The position numbers and the translations under genes are program-made. From positions 64,001 through 128,000 of the forward strand of contig CAVWFS010000019.1 of the NCBI GenBank assembly GCA_963754315.1: 64,000 nt of DNA. Reading direction: 5' to 3'. The notes below the pieces were generated by a model, which saw nothing but the letters and a program-made list of their open reading frames with translations, searched no databases and was not told where the DNA came from. Position 1 is the stretch's first letter. The number at the start of each line of letters is the position of its first letter. This document shows, in pieces, positions 44,348 through 55,149 of this stretch. Source of the stretch: an uncultured Candidatus Rokubacteria bacterium (GTDB lineage: Bacteria; Methylomirabilota; Methylomirabilia; Rokubacteriales; CSP1-6).

Positions 44348-45485
44348 GCGCCAGCACCCAGTCGTAGACATCGCGCTGCGCGGCGGCGATGACCTCGTGG
44401 GTGTAGTGGCGGGCCACGCGCGTGCGGCCGCGCTCGATGAGGCGCTCCCGCAAGGCATCGTCGAACAGAAGCGACCGCAACCCGCCCCGGAGGGCCTCCA
44501 CGTCGCCTTCGGGAAAGAGCAGGCCGGCGTCGGCCACCACCTCGGGTATGGCGGCCGAGGCGGATCCTGCCACGGGGACGCCGGCGGCCATGGCTTCGAT
44601 GAGCACGTGGCCAAACTGCTCCGCCCACGAGGTCGTGCTGCGCGAGGGCAGCACGAGCGCATCGAGGGCGGCGAGATAGTCGGGGACGGCGTGGTGAGCC
44701 ACGGCACCCGTGAAAACGGCCTTGCCGGGCGGCCACGCCGCTACCCGACGCTCCAGCCGCGAGCGCTCAGGTCCGTCGCCCACGATGACGATTTGAACGT
44801 CGAGCGGCGCCGCCGCGTCAATCAGCACGTCCACCCCCTTCTCGGCGACGAGGCGCCCCCCACATAACCGATTGTCATAAGACGCCGCTGGGGACCCCCC
44901 GAGAGGCCTGAGGCACCCCTCGACCGCGCTAGGCGAGCACGCATGGGGGCGCCGTTGCCGCTGGCGTAGCGCGCCAGGTCGACACCGAACTGGGGCAGCA
45001 CGGCCACGCGAGCCGGCTGAACGCCGAGTCGCTGGACGCGCGCGTGGGCGGCCTGGTTGCCAGCAAGGACGAAGGCGACCCGGCGGAGAATCACACGCTC
45101 GATGATCCGCGCCAGGAGACGCCGTGGTCCACGGAGGTTCTCCCAGGTGAACAGCACGACAGGCGCAGCCCGAGCGGCCACGCACTGCAAGGCGGCCAGA
45201 GTCCCCCCTTCGACCTCGGCATGGAGAATGTCGGGTCTGGCTGCGCGCAACTCGCGCCAACCGTCGCGATAGCAACAAACTCCAGCGTGACCGTCAAGGA
45301 CGACACGCGAGCGGATGATTCGATACGAGGGGGCCGAGGTAGGCGGTTCTAGAGGACCGAACGCCGTGCGCCACCGGGTTGGCGTCAGCACGGTGAGCTC
45401 GAGGTCGGGAACCGCGGCAAGCGCCCGAAGCTTGTCGTGATATGACAGGGGCAGCGTACGCGTGAGATACGAGCCACACCTTCAT
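44337..45485 (-). CDS. Glycosyltransferase family 4, two apparent frameshifts (about 45440 and 44860)
   Basis: MKVWLVSHAY, FTWEN, GRLVAEKG, EQFGHVLIEAMAAG spread over three frames. Confidence 0.8.
44886..44922. repeat. Degenerate palindromic element copy inside a GT4 CDS
   Basis: 29/37 ungapped identity to 17091-17127 (counted by eye). Confidence 0.65.
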
Positions 45486-46118
45486 GATCTGTCCCACAGA
45501 GCCTCGGTACAATTGCTCGTACTCACCGACGACGCGGGTCCAGCCATAGCGCGCGGCATGGGCGCGGCAGCGTATGGCCAGTCCGCCTCGCTCGAAAGGC
45601 TGGCCAGAACGGCCGCCACCGTCCGCGCGAAGGTCGCTGGCTGCGAGCCACGACGGTTCGAGGCTGCCGAGCACATCGGTCGCGCCACTTTCGGGAGTTG
45701 CCACCACCGGCAGGACGAGCAGCGGGGCAAAGAGTCGAGCGAGGTCACCGCTTGGCTCGCGCACCAGGAGATCGGGGGCGAGCAGGCTGACCAGGGGCGA
45801 TGCGACCAGGACGAAGCCAAGGGCGAGCACCCCCGTCCCGCCGATGAGCATCAATAGGCAGCGCCTGAAGAAGTGTGTCGCGGCAGCAGGGCCCCGTTTG
45901 GTCGCGATCTCGATGACCCGCGGGATGAAGAGTGTCGAGATCCACATGGCGATCTCGTTGGCCACGGCCACCACGATCGTGAAGCTCAGAGCGAGCGCGT
46001 CGGCCTCGAGTCCCGTCCCGAAGTGGCCCGCCAGGGTGATCTCATACGCCACCGCCGCCACCTGTCCGGCCAGACCCAATGCCACGATCCCGGCCCATGC
46101 CCGGCGCCTCGACATCAT
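45482..46118 (-). pseudogene. Deletion chimera: MurJ-like flippase N-terminus joined to a GT4 C-terminus
   Basis: AGHFGTGLEADAL and TLFIP (MurJ-like TMs), then abruptly PVVATPESGATDVL...YGWTRVVGEYEQLY. Confidence 0.7.
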
Positions 46119-46173
46119 GCCGATCGACAGGCAGACGCACTCCTCCTGGGTCGGGATGCGAGAGAGGCTGGGT

Positions 46174-47088
46174 TCATAGATGCGCGCGCAACCGCCGCCA
46201 GACGTGTCGGCGCCACCGCCCCCACCGACGGAACTCGCTGAATGGGACACCCCGGTTGTACCGGAGGAAGGTAATGCCACTCACGGCCATCAGTCTGAGC
46301 ATGAAGCACGGATCTCGCCCCGATCTCTCGAGGCGGCGTGAGCCGAGTACGGCGTGCGCGTATGCATACACCCAACTTGGGGGCACGTATTGAAAGTGCT
46401 GACGGACGGTGCGCAGGATCTCCGCATGAGCCTGGACACGGCGCCCGAGCGTCTTTGTGTCTGCGTGCAGGCGGGTGGTAGCGAGAAAGTCGGAAACTCG
46501 GGCGAAGGTGGTCACCCGCCCGACCCGGATCCACAGGTCGTAGTCCATGCAGAACTGGAGGGCTTCGTCGAGATAACCCACACGTTCCACCACCTCCCGT
46601 CGGACAAAGACGGTGGGTTGGCATATGAAGCACGTCTCGGCGAGACGGGCGAGATCGAATGGCTCGGTAGGATATCGCCGGAGGACGCGGCCCACCTCGT
46701 CCACGTGGTACCCCTCTCCGTAGACGGCGCCCGCCTCCGGATGGGCGGAAAGCTCGGACACGGCGCGCTCCACTGCCCCAGGCAGGTACGTATCGTCGGA
46801 GTTCAGATAGGCGACGATTGCGCCTCGCCCACCGCGCCATCCTTTGTTGATTGCGGACGCCTGGCCACGGTCGGCCTCCGAGACCCACGTGAGACGATTT
46901 CCATAGTCCTTCAGGATATCGATGGTCTCGTCCGAGGATCCGCCGTCCATCACGAGGTACTCGATGGCGGCATAGCTCTGTCCCAGCACGCTCTCGATCG
47001 TTTCCCGGATGAAGCGGCCTTGGTTCAGCGAGGGCGTCACCACGGTCACCAGTGGAAGCGCAGGATTCGACGAAGGAGTGACCGTCAC
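46174..47088 (-). CDS. Glycosyltransferase family 2
   Basis: VTPSLNQ, DGGSSD, YLNSDD, MDYDLW. Confidence 0.93.
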   Translation of the reverse strand: MTVTPSSNPALPLVTVVTPSLNQGRFIRETIESVLGQSYAAIEYLVMDGGSSDETIDILKDYGNRLTWVSEADRGQASAINKGWRGGRGAIVAYLNSDDTYLPGAVERAVSELSAHPEAGAVYGEGYHVDEVGRVLRRYPTEPFDLARLAETCFICQPTVFVRREVVERVGYLDEALQFCMDYDLWIRVGRVTTFARVSDFLATTRLHADTKTLGRRVQAHAEILRTVRQHFQYVPPSWVYAYAHAVLGSRRLERSGRDPCFMLRLMAVSGITFLRYNRGVPFSEFRRWGRWRRHVWRRLRAHL

Positions 47089-48227
47089 ACCGATTCGTAC
47101 ACCGCCAGCGTCTCACGCGCGCAGCGGTCCCAGGAAAAGTTGGTGCTCCATTCGAGGCCGCGCGCTACTAGCTTGGCGGCCAGGGCAGGGTCGTCCAGCA
47201 GCTGGGTCAGCCCATCGGCGATGGCGTCGACATCCGTCGGCGTCACCAAGACGGCGGCACCGCCGGCCACCTCGGGCAACGACGAAACGTTCGAGGTCAG
47301 TACAGGGACACCACACGCCATCGCTTCCAGGACAGGGAGCCCGAACCCCTCGTAAAGAGAGGGATAGGCGAAGACGGTCGCCAGCGAGTAGAGCGACGCC
47401 ATATCCTCATTCCGTACATAGCCGATGAAACGGACCCGGTCGACCAATCCCCGTTGAGCGACCTCCCGCCTGAGGGATTCACTCAGCCAGCCCGGGCCGC
47501 CTGCGATGACCAGACTCACGTCGTGGCGAAGCGAGTCGGATAGACTCGCGTACGCGTGGACGAGGCGCATGAGATTCTTGCGGGGCTCGAGAGTGCCAAC
47601 GAAGAGAACAAACCGCTCGGGTAGATCGTAGCGACGCTGCACAGCGGCACGCTGCAGGGTGTCGGTGACGGGTCTGTGGGTCGGGTCGTGGGCGAGCGGC
47701 GTGACGATGATTCGTTCGGGGCGGGCGCCCAGACGGTCTATCAGATCGCGCCGCGTGTGCTCGGAGATGGCGAGGATGGCATCAGCCCGTTCCAGGGCGG
47801 CCCGCGTGCCGGCCAGGCAGTGCTGGACATTGACGTCGACGTGAAATTCGGGATGAACCAAGAAGCTGAGATCGTAGATCGTTACCACGAGGCGCTTCCG
47901 CGAGGATAGGGGCGGAACGCAGAACGTCGTGCTGTGCACCAGATCGACGGGGCCGAGCAGCCATTCCTTGATGCGCGCCCACCCCTCGGTCCGCCACAAC
48001 CAGAGCACCATGGGGGGCGGTAAGTGGCGGAAAGCCATTCGCATGCGGGACGAGGTCGGAAACCCCGCCCGCGGATAATCTGGATGAACGATGTAGTAGA
48101 ACACGGGATACAGGCGGTAACGGTGACGCTGATCGATACGGGTCAGGGCTGCCCCCAACTGGTAGGCGTACTGGCCGCCGCCCGCGCGCTCACCGGGTAT
48201 GAGGCTCATGTCGATGCCAATGTGCAT
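47085..48227 (-). CDS. Glycosyltransferase family 4
   Basis: MHIGID start, GTLEPRKN, PSLYEGFGLPVLEAMACG, FSW. Confidence 0.92.
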   Translation of the reverse strand: MHIGIDMSLIPGERAGGGQYAYQLGAALTRIDQRHRYRLYPVFYYIVHPDYPRAGFPTSSRMRMAFRHLPPPMVLWLWRTEGWARIKEWLLGPVDLVHSTTFCVPPLSSRKRLVVTIYDLSFLVHPEFHVDVNVQHCLAGTRAALERADAILAISEHTRRDLIDRLGARPERIIVTPLAHDPTHRPVTDTLQRAAVQRRYDLPERFVLFVGTLEPRKNLMRLVHAYASLSDSLRHDVSLVIAGGPGWLSESLRREVAQRGLVDRVRFIGYVRNEDMASLYSLATVFAYPSLYEGFGLPVLEAMACGVPVLTSNVSSLPEVAGGAAVLVTPTDVDAIADGLTQLLDDPALAAKLVARGLEWSTNFSWDRCARETLAVYESV

Positions 48228-48235
48228 ACGTCGGC

Positions 48236-49581
48236 TCAGGCGCGCACGGGGCCGTCGGCGAGTTCTAGCTCGATCAGCCGCCAGGCCAGCGGTCGGTAGT
48301 CCCCATTGCGGGCGAACCGGTGAGGCACGAACCAAGAGCTTGCTTCCACTTCCACCGTGTGGTCGCCCGCGACCATCGGACTGAGCAGAGGGATGCTCGC
48401 CGCGAAGTCTCCGGGATTTGCGATACGGTGATGCCCAACCACACGGTCGTCCACGCGGACGGTGAGCAATAGCGCGTTGCTCATGTAGCGGAGGTCCGTC
48501 CACCCACGAATGCTGACCGACCGAGTCGCACGCCCGGCGCGTCGGCTTACCGCCAACCGTGGCCCGACCCACCCATCGTTCCAGGGCTCGGTGTGGCCGA
48601 GATAGGCAGCGACCTGCGGCGGAAGGCTTCCCCGCTGCCCCAGACGAGCCGCCATTTTCCTTCCAACCCCTGTGGCCCCCGTGCGCAGCACAGGGTAGAC
48701 CCCAACGTAGAAGGCCACCTCGGGGGCGAGGACCGCACCGGCCAAGGCTCGGGGGACGGCTCCGAAGACCTCGCCCCGCCGCCAGGCGTCGTGGGCGTGG
48801 CGAAGGTAACGGCGGGCCCTTCCTAGCCGATTCATACGAAAGAGCGCCAGCGACAGCGCCAGCCGCCAGTGGAGCGGGCGCAGCGGCGAACCCCAGTGGC
48901 TGCGGCTGATGGCGATAACGTCCTCGAGACGATCGGTCCGGCCCACCGCCCTGTCTTCGACTCAGGGCGCAACCGGTACGCGGCGAGGACCTGATCGACG
49001 AAGTGAAACCGATATTTTCTGGAGAACCGGCAGAACAAATCGTAGTCGACCCGGGCCGACTGCAACTGGTCGTCCAGCGGGCCACAGGCCTTCCACACTT
49101 CCGGTGTCCAAAAGACGGCAGGCTGCGGGATGGTGTGGCCCTTCCAGATTTCCAGCACCCGGCGGTGTCCCTCGAAGCGGCTGGGATGCTCGAGGCCGCT
49201 CGACCGACCCTCGGCGTCGATGAACCGACAGCGACCCATTACGATCTGCCGGCCACGCCCAGGGTCCACCTCCCGGGCTACCCGGTGCAGGGCTCCGGGC
49301 AGCAGCGTATCGTCGGAGTTCAAGAAGCCCCAGATCTCGCCGGTGGCGAGCCGGAACCCCTTGTTGAGGGCGTCGGCATGCCCGCGGTCCGCCTCGGACA
49401 CGAGTCTCACGTGAGTGTATGGAGCCAGACGATCGAGGGTCCCGTCGGTGGACCCCCCGTCGATCACGATGTGGTCAAGGTTCGGATAGTCCTGGGCGAT
49501 GACGCTCTCGACAGTGGCGACGATGTAGCGGGCCTGGTTGAAGGAGGGGGTCACGATAGATATGCGGGGCCAGCGATCCAT
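48236..49581 (-). CDS. Glycosyltransferase family 2 with C-terminal beta domain, frameshift near 48945
   Basis: VTPSFNQ, DGGSTDG, FLNSDD; continues in ORF 48236-48946 (WNDGWVG, DYRPLAW). Confidence 0.8.
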
Positions 49582-49594
49582 GCCGGGCTATCCC

Positions 49595-50893
49595 CTACCC
49601 ATAGCACCGTTGTCGGGTCTGATGCATGACCGACACGACCTCGACGGTGAACTTCGTCCACGAGAAGTTCTTCACCCGATGACGACCGCGGGCGATTAAG
49701 GAGCCCCGCAGAGCCTCGTCCGTGAGCACACGGTACAGTGCATGGGCCAGCTCTTCGGGCGCGCGGGGATCGGCGAGCACGGCCGCGTCACCGGCGATCT
49801 CGGGGAGGCTGGTCACGTTGCTACACACGATGGGGCAGTCGCACCACATAGCCTCCAGAAGGGGAAGACCGAATCCCTCGAACAGAGAAGGGAAGACAAG
49901 CGCCGCCGCACTCTCGTAGAGCGCGGGCATATCGTCAAGGGCGCAGTAGCCAAGAAAGCGGACCCGGTGGCCAAGGCCCGCATCCTGGATCTTCGCCAGT
50001 AACTCGTGGTGAGCCTCCTTGGGGCTGCCCGTGCATACGAGCAGCGGATCAAGCCCGTACGCCTCACGCAACACGCGCAGTGCCTGGAAGGCCGCTCCAT
50101 GGTTCTTGTGGGGCCACGTATTGCCGGGGAAGAGCAGATATTCTCCCGCTTTCAACCCGTGCCGGTCGAGGACCCGTCGCGAGTCCAAGCGTGCTGGGCT
50201 CCCCGGGTGGAAGGCGTCGTCGGCTGCCAAGTGAGTGGTGCTGATCTGGTCGGGGGAGAGACCCAAGCGCTCGATGAGAGTTTGCCGAGTGAACTCGGAG
50301 ATCGCACAGATGTGGCTGGCCTGCCTTGCCGATGCCGAGTAGATACGGCGCCGCTCCTCCAGATCGCGGGGAGCGAAGAACTCCGGGCAGTACTCATGTT
50401 GGATGTCTGGGACGATCAGTACGTTCCTGAAGGGTGCCAGGTCAGGATGGATGTAGCCCGGGATGGACAGCGCGACTTCCGCCCCGAGGCCGCGGGCCCT
50501 CCGCAGCGTGTCGACCTCGGGTGTACGCCAGTACTGAACGCCCAGTCGGCCGTGCAGGAAGCGCGCGGCGATGAGAGCCGCCTTGCGCGCGTAGGCGCGG
50601 GGGCCGTCGGCCGCTTCGAATGTGACGTTGGGGGCGGCACGCCCGTCAAAGTCATACCGCACCTCGGTCGGCACCAGCACCGTATAGCGATTGACCCGGT
50701 CGAGCTCAAGCAGACGGCTCATGAAGGAGCGTGAGAGATTCTCGATACCCCCCGCCACCCCGGGTCGCATCCAACGCAGATCGATGACTGCGCGCAGAGG
50801 TTCATCGCGGCCGGCCCGGTCGGCCGCCACGACGTCGGCGTGCGCGCGCAGCGCCACCACCTTCGCCTGCAGATTGTTGCGCTCTCCCTCCAC
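49595..50893 (-). CDS. GT4 domain, probably the C-terminal part of a broken multidomain gene
   Basis: PDIQHE, WPHKNH, PSLFEGFGLPLLEAM. Confidence 0.85.
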   Translation of the reverse strand: MEGERNNLQAKVVALRAHADVVAADRAGRDEPLRAVIDLRWMRPGVAGGIENLSRSFMSRLLELDRVNRYTVLVPTEVRYDFDGRAAPNVTFEAADGPRAYARKAALIAARFLHGRLGVQYWRTPEVDTLRRARGLGAEVALSIPGYIHPDLAPFRNVLIVPDIQHEYCPEFFAPRDLEERRRIYSASARQASHICAISEFTRQTLIERLGLSPDQISTTHLAADDAFHPGSPARLDSRRVLDRHGLKAGEYLLFPGNTWPHKNHGAAFQALRVLREAYGLDPLLVCTGSPKEAHHELLAKIQDAGLGHRVRFLGYCALDDMPALYESAAALVFPSLFEGFGLPLLEAMWCDCPIVCSNVTSLPEIAGDAAVLADPRAPEELAHALYRVLTDEALRGSLIARGRHRVKNFSWTKFTVEVVSVMHQTRQRCYG

Positions 50894-51360
50894 GACCCCG
50901 ATCCGCGTTCCCTATTCCGCGATCACGGCAAGACGTCTCGCGCGATCCTCTTCCGACAGAACGTCTAGCTCTCGGAGGTGGTCCAGCCGGCCCGCCAAAT
51001 CCAGCAGTGCCCGTACCATTCGCGCGGTGGGGAGGGCGCCGACGAACCAGTCGACCTCCGCCACCCGCAACGGAGTCAGGCGGTCTCGACCTACCACCAC
51101 AAACATATCGTACTCGGCAAAGAGAGCCGGTTCGAACGCGACGTCGCCCGCCCCCTGCCGGGCGAAGAGTTCAGAAATGGCGGTTCGGCTGAACAGATAG
51201 AGATGCTCGCGCGGCTGCAGCATCTCCAGAAACCGGGCCGCACGGCGACCATTTCCTGACGAGATCTCCGTTCCGTCTCGCACACGGCGCACCGCCAGTA
51301 CCCCGGATCGAAAGCCACGAGGTCCGCGTTCCCGCACCAGCAGGACGGGTGTTCAGTCAT
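50894..51360 (-). pseudogene. Remnant of a methyltransferase N-terminal module (internal deletion, frameshift, in-frame TAG)
   Basis: CWCG...CAVC zinc motif runs almost directly into EHLYLFS with no SAM motif; TAG at 50912 is in frame with the downstream GT4. Confidence 0.65.
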
Positions 51361-51820
51361 CCTCGCCTTGGACGCCCTGGAGCACGTCGGTATCGACGTT
51401 CATGGAGACAGAAATCCAACCGACAACCATGCCACTGCCGCCCAGAATACTCCACTGGATGCGGGTCGCCCACATCTCAGGGAGCGCCGGGTCTGATGAC
51501 ACGACATGTCGTTGAACTGTCCCCCGCGCACGCTGGCAGGCTCCCGCGCATCCAGCTTCGTGGTTTCAGGCCTTTCGCAGCATGATGGAGCGTTCACACG
51601 CGGTTGATTTCCTGGCTGCGATAGACCCAGGCCACAGCCGCTTCAAGGGAGAGCGGCGCCTCCGACTTCACCGTAGGCGGCCCGGGGGCGTCCAACCGAG
51701 CCGAGGCGAGGCGCGCTCAAGGGAGCATCCGTGCGGAGAGGCTTGCTTGACGGTCACGGACGTCCCGGAGTCCACCCAAGCGCCGATCAACGGGACCCCC
51801 AGCGCAGGGCGACACGCGCG

Positions 51821-52834
51821 TCAGGTGAGAATCTCGCGCAGAATGGATGCCAGATCCGCCTCGGTCTTGAACTTGCGGGACCCATTGGTCATCTGTTCGC
51901 CCAGGGCGCCCGTGTCAGCCACAATGATCGGCCGACCATGCAGTTGGGCGCGCGCCGCCACGCCGGATGACCAGATTTCATAGTACGGCACGATCACAAA
52001 GTCGGAGGCGACAATCCAGCGATCGAAGGATTCGTCGTCGACGAACGTCTCGATGAACGCACACCGAGGGTCCTTGGCGACCTCCTGATGTAATAGCCGC
52101 GCGTAGTCGAGTGCCGGCTGCCAGGCAATCCGCACCGAGCCGACGATTCGCAGTCGCGCACGGGGAGAGTGGACCGATTGGAGGGCACGGATGGCGCGAT
52201 CGAATCCCTTGTGCGGTTGTACGAACCCGATGCACAGGAACACAATCTCATTCGATTCGATCCCCACCGAGCAGCGCGCACTGTCTCGATCCATCGAGCA
52301 GTGAGAGACAAAATGGCGGCCGTGGTCGACCACTTCAAATCGGGGGCTCGACTTGGTAAGCCCGTAGTAACGGGCAAAGGTGTCCCGTTCTCGCGCCGAG
52401 TGGAAGCTGACCTTTGCGGAGAGGCGCCACACCCACCGGTCGATCCAGTTGCGAAACGATCGCGCTATGGGCGCCTCGTCCACGTTGTACGCCGTTTCGT
52501 GAATGACCCACCGCAGGCGCCGCCCGTACATGACGGCCAGCATCAGCAGGGCCAGACTCGTCTTGACACCGTGGGCTCGCAACTCGTCCGGGGCATAGAA
52601 GAAGCTCGGGGCGAAGTGAACGTGTACCTCCTCATAGGCCCAGAGAATCCGGGCCAGCCGCAGCGGCCTGGCGCCACCGGCCAGGTTTCCCTGAAAATCC
52701 CCTTCCCCTTCGGCCGGGGAGAAGATATCCACGACGGCCCCTTCCCGGCGCAGCGCGTCGGCTTGTTGGGCGGCGTAGGCGCCAATCCCACACCGCATCG
52801 GCGGATAGCTAGACACGACGAGGATGGAGCGCAT
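51821..52834 (-). CDS. Glycosyltransferase family 4
   Basis: SSYPPMRCGIGAY, GFVQPHKG, PY..IWSSG. Confidence 0.85.
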   Translation of the reverse strand: MRSILVVSSYPPMRCGIGAYAAQQADALRREGAVVDIFSPAEGEGDFQGNLAGGARPLRLARILWAYEEVHVHFAPSFFYAPDELRAHGVKTSLALLMLAVMYGRRLRWVIHETAYNVDEAPIARSFRNWIDRWVWRLSAKVSFHSARERDTFARYYGLTKSSPRFEVVDHGRHFVSHCSMDRDSARCSVGIESNEIVFLCIGFVQPHKGFDRAIRALQSVHSPRARLRIVGSVRIAWQPALDYARLLHQEVAKDPRCAFIETFVDDESFDRWIVASDFVIVPYYEIWSSGVAARAQLHGRPIIVADTGALGEQMTNGSRKFKTEADLASILREILT

Positions 52835-52839
52835 GGGTC

Positions 52840-55149
52840 TTACGCCGGCTGGGCCGCACCCACCAGCGTCCGCAGATGCCCTGCGTAGCGCGCAGCAATG
52901 GCCGCCCAGTCGAAACGCTCACGTGCCAATCGACGCGTACACTCCCCGAGCGCGGTGCAACGCTCGGGCCCAGCCAAGAGCGCGCGAAGTTCCGCGACAA
53001 AGTCCTCGAGTGGCGCTTCGATCCAGTGCTCGCCCGCGTGACCACCGAGCCCCCGCGAACCCTTGGCCGTCGTGAGGATTGGCAAGCCGGCGGCCATATA
53101 GTCCAGCATTTTGATGTTCGTCCCCGAACCCTGCCTCATGGGATTCAACGCCAGGTGGGCCGCACGGTATATCTCCAGGAGCTTCTCGGAGGCGACGAAT
53201 CCATACAGGGTCACGTTGGCGGGAATGACGGTGGCGGGGAATTGGTCGCGAAACATCAGCCCGACGCCGCCGACAATGCCGAATTGGACATCGGGGAATA
53301 TCGGCGCCAGTTCATCGATGATGAACGCGGCGCCCTCCAGGTTGGGATGGTAGTTACTCCCGACGAAAACGACCAAGGGCCGATGACCGAGGCCGAGCGC
53401 GTGGCGACTCCTCGCTCTCTCGACAGGATCGGCAGGTCGTATGTCCCGGCAGTCCACGCCGTTGGGCACCTCCAGAATCTTTTGCGGCGCGACTCCGTAC
53501 AGCCGTTGGAATCCCTCCGCATCCTCGGCGCTGCAGGCGAGGATGAGTCGGCTCGCCTCCACCGCCAATCGCTCCGTAGCCTGGACTTTCCGCGCAAGCA
53601 CACGCCCGACCAGGGAACCGGCCAGGAGCGGCCCCTTCACGTGTGCCTCGCAGTTCTGCGAGTCATAGACCAGCGGCCATCCAAGCTCTCGCGGTAAGAA
53701 CGGAACCATCCATGGATGCGCGCTGACGAGAATGTCTGTCTCCGGAAGATACCGCTCGATCAATCTTCGATAGCGCGGTGTCCACCGACCCAGCAGTGGC
53801 ATGGTGACGTCCATGGTTGCCTGCCCACGCGAGAGGCGCACCAGGACGTTGTGCGCCCGGAAATGGGGCGCCGTCAATGGGGTGAGGATCTCGCGAAAGT
53901 TCGGCGCCAGGGGCTGATCGCGGAACGCCGGACCCGGGTAGTCGAAGGTGCCGATATACGTGGTCGTGAAGTCCTCGGGCATGTGGCGATAGAGCTGCAG
54001 GATACGCACGCGCCCGCCTCCGAGCGGCGGATCGATAATCTGGTTGTCCGTCACCAGAAGGCGGATGCGTCGCGGCTCCTGTCGGCGATTCTGGTGGGGT
54101 CCCGACGTGACCGCGCTCGTCGTCCGGGTCGTCTCGATCCGGTCCCCCGCCTCGAGGAGCGTGCCCGCCACTCGCTCCCACGTTACCCGCTGCATCCACG
54201 TGCGGCACGCCTCGCGCATGGGCGCCAATCCCGTGCGATGCTCCCAGAGCCAGTCGATTGGCGCGGCCAGGGCTGGCGGCGTAGGCGCGGTGACGAACCC
54301 GGTCTTGCCATCCTCGACGATCACAGCCGGTTCCCCGGCGTCAGTCGTCGTGACCACCGGTCGTCCTGAGAGGAATGATTCGAACGTAATTAACCCCAGA
54401 TCCTCGTTGACCGGCGGAAAGATGGTGGCGACCGCACCCGCGTACAGAGCCGCCAAATCAGCGTCGGAAACGTTCCCCAGAAACTCGATCCGTGCGTCGT
54501 CGGCGGCCAATTCTCGCAGGGCTTGCTCCTGATCACCCTCCCCGACGATCTTCAGCGCACAGCACGCCCGGCTGAGACGGAAAGCTCGTATGAGGAGGTC
54601 GACCCGTTTCCACGGATGCAGACGGCCGACCGAGAGGAAATAGTGACCGGGCTCGAAGCCGTCGGCCGCGTCGGCGGGAACAAACGTCGTGGGAGGATAC
54701 ACAGCGGTGGATGCGATGTTGCCGTACTTGATCAGCCGTCGAGAGACGGTCTGGCCGATGGTGAAGAGATGGGGGAGACGACCTTTGTCCAGGGCCCACT
54801 GATCCATGAAATGGATCAGGGTGCGCAGACGCTCGAACTCCGGCCCGCGTGGCTCGTAGAGGTCATAGAAGACGCGAAGCCGGTGGGAGAGATACACGAC
54901 ATGGTTAGGGTGCCTGACCATGTAGCCCGGAGCCTTGCAGCTCACGACCCGATCGTAGCCGCTCAAGTCCAGCTGGTAGAAATCGTAGTACCCTCGCAGC
55001 ACACCCTCGGGTGTCCGCTCATCAAACGGGATCGTGATGAGTTCCGTCGGGTGTCGCTCCCGAAGAGCCACCAACAGGCCGTCGAGAAGGCGACTCATCC
55101 CGCCGAAGACGGGAGGGACAGGGCTAGGACTTACGAGAGCAATTTTCAT
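52840..55149 (-). CDS. Tandem two-domain GT4 glycosyltransferase
   Basis: EDLGLITFES in domain 1; GSGTNIKMLDYMAAG in domain 2. Confidence 0.9.
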   Translation of the reverse strand: MKIALVSPSPVPPVFGGMSRLLDGLLVALRERHPTELITIPFDERTPEGVLRGYYDFYQLDLSGYDRVVSCKAPGYMVRHPNHVVYLSHRLRVFYDLYEPRGPEFERLRTLIHFMDQWALDKGRLPHLFTIGQTVSRRLIKYGNIASTAVYPPTTFVPADAADGFEPGHYFLSVGRLHPWKRVDLLIRAFRLSRACCALKIVGEGDQEQALRELAADDARIEFLGNVSDADLAALYAGAVATIFPPVNEDLGLITFESFLSGRPVVTTTDAGEPAVIVEDGKTGFVTAPTPPALAAPIDWLWEHRTGLAPMREACRTWMQRVTWERVAGTLLEAGDRIETTRTTSAVTSGPHQNRRQEPRRIRLLVTDNQIIDPPLGGGRVRILQLYRHMPEDFTTTYIGTFDYPGPAFRDQPLAPNFREILTPLTAPHFRAHNVLVRLSRGQATMDVTMPLLGRWTPRYRRLIERYLPETDILVSAHPWMVPFLPRELGWPLVYDSQNCEAHVKGPLLAGSLVGRVLARKVQATERLAVEASRLILACSAEDAEGFQRLYGVAPQKILEVPNGVDCRDIRPADPVERARSRHALGLGHRPLVVFVGSNYHPNLEGAAFIIDELAPIFPDVQFGIVGGVGLMFRDQFPATVIPANVTLYGFVASEKLLEIYRAAHLALNPMRQGSGTNIKMLDYMAAGLPILTTAKGSRGLGGHAGEHWIEAPLEDFVAELRALLAGPERCTALGECTRRLARERFDWAAIAARYAGHLRTLVGAAQPA

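Noticed and set aside
43229..49085. Apparent long-N-terminus GT ORFs (43229-44707 and 47085-49085)
   Set aside because: The extensions are alternate frames of upstream genes; real starts are 44347 and 48227.
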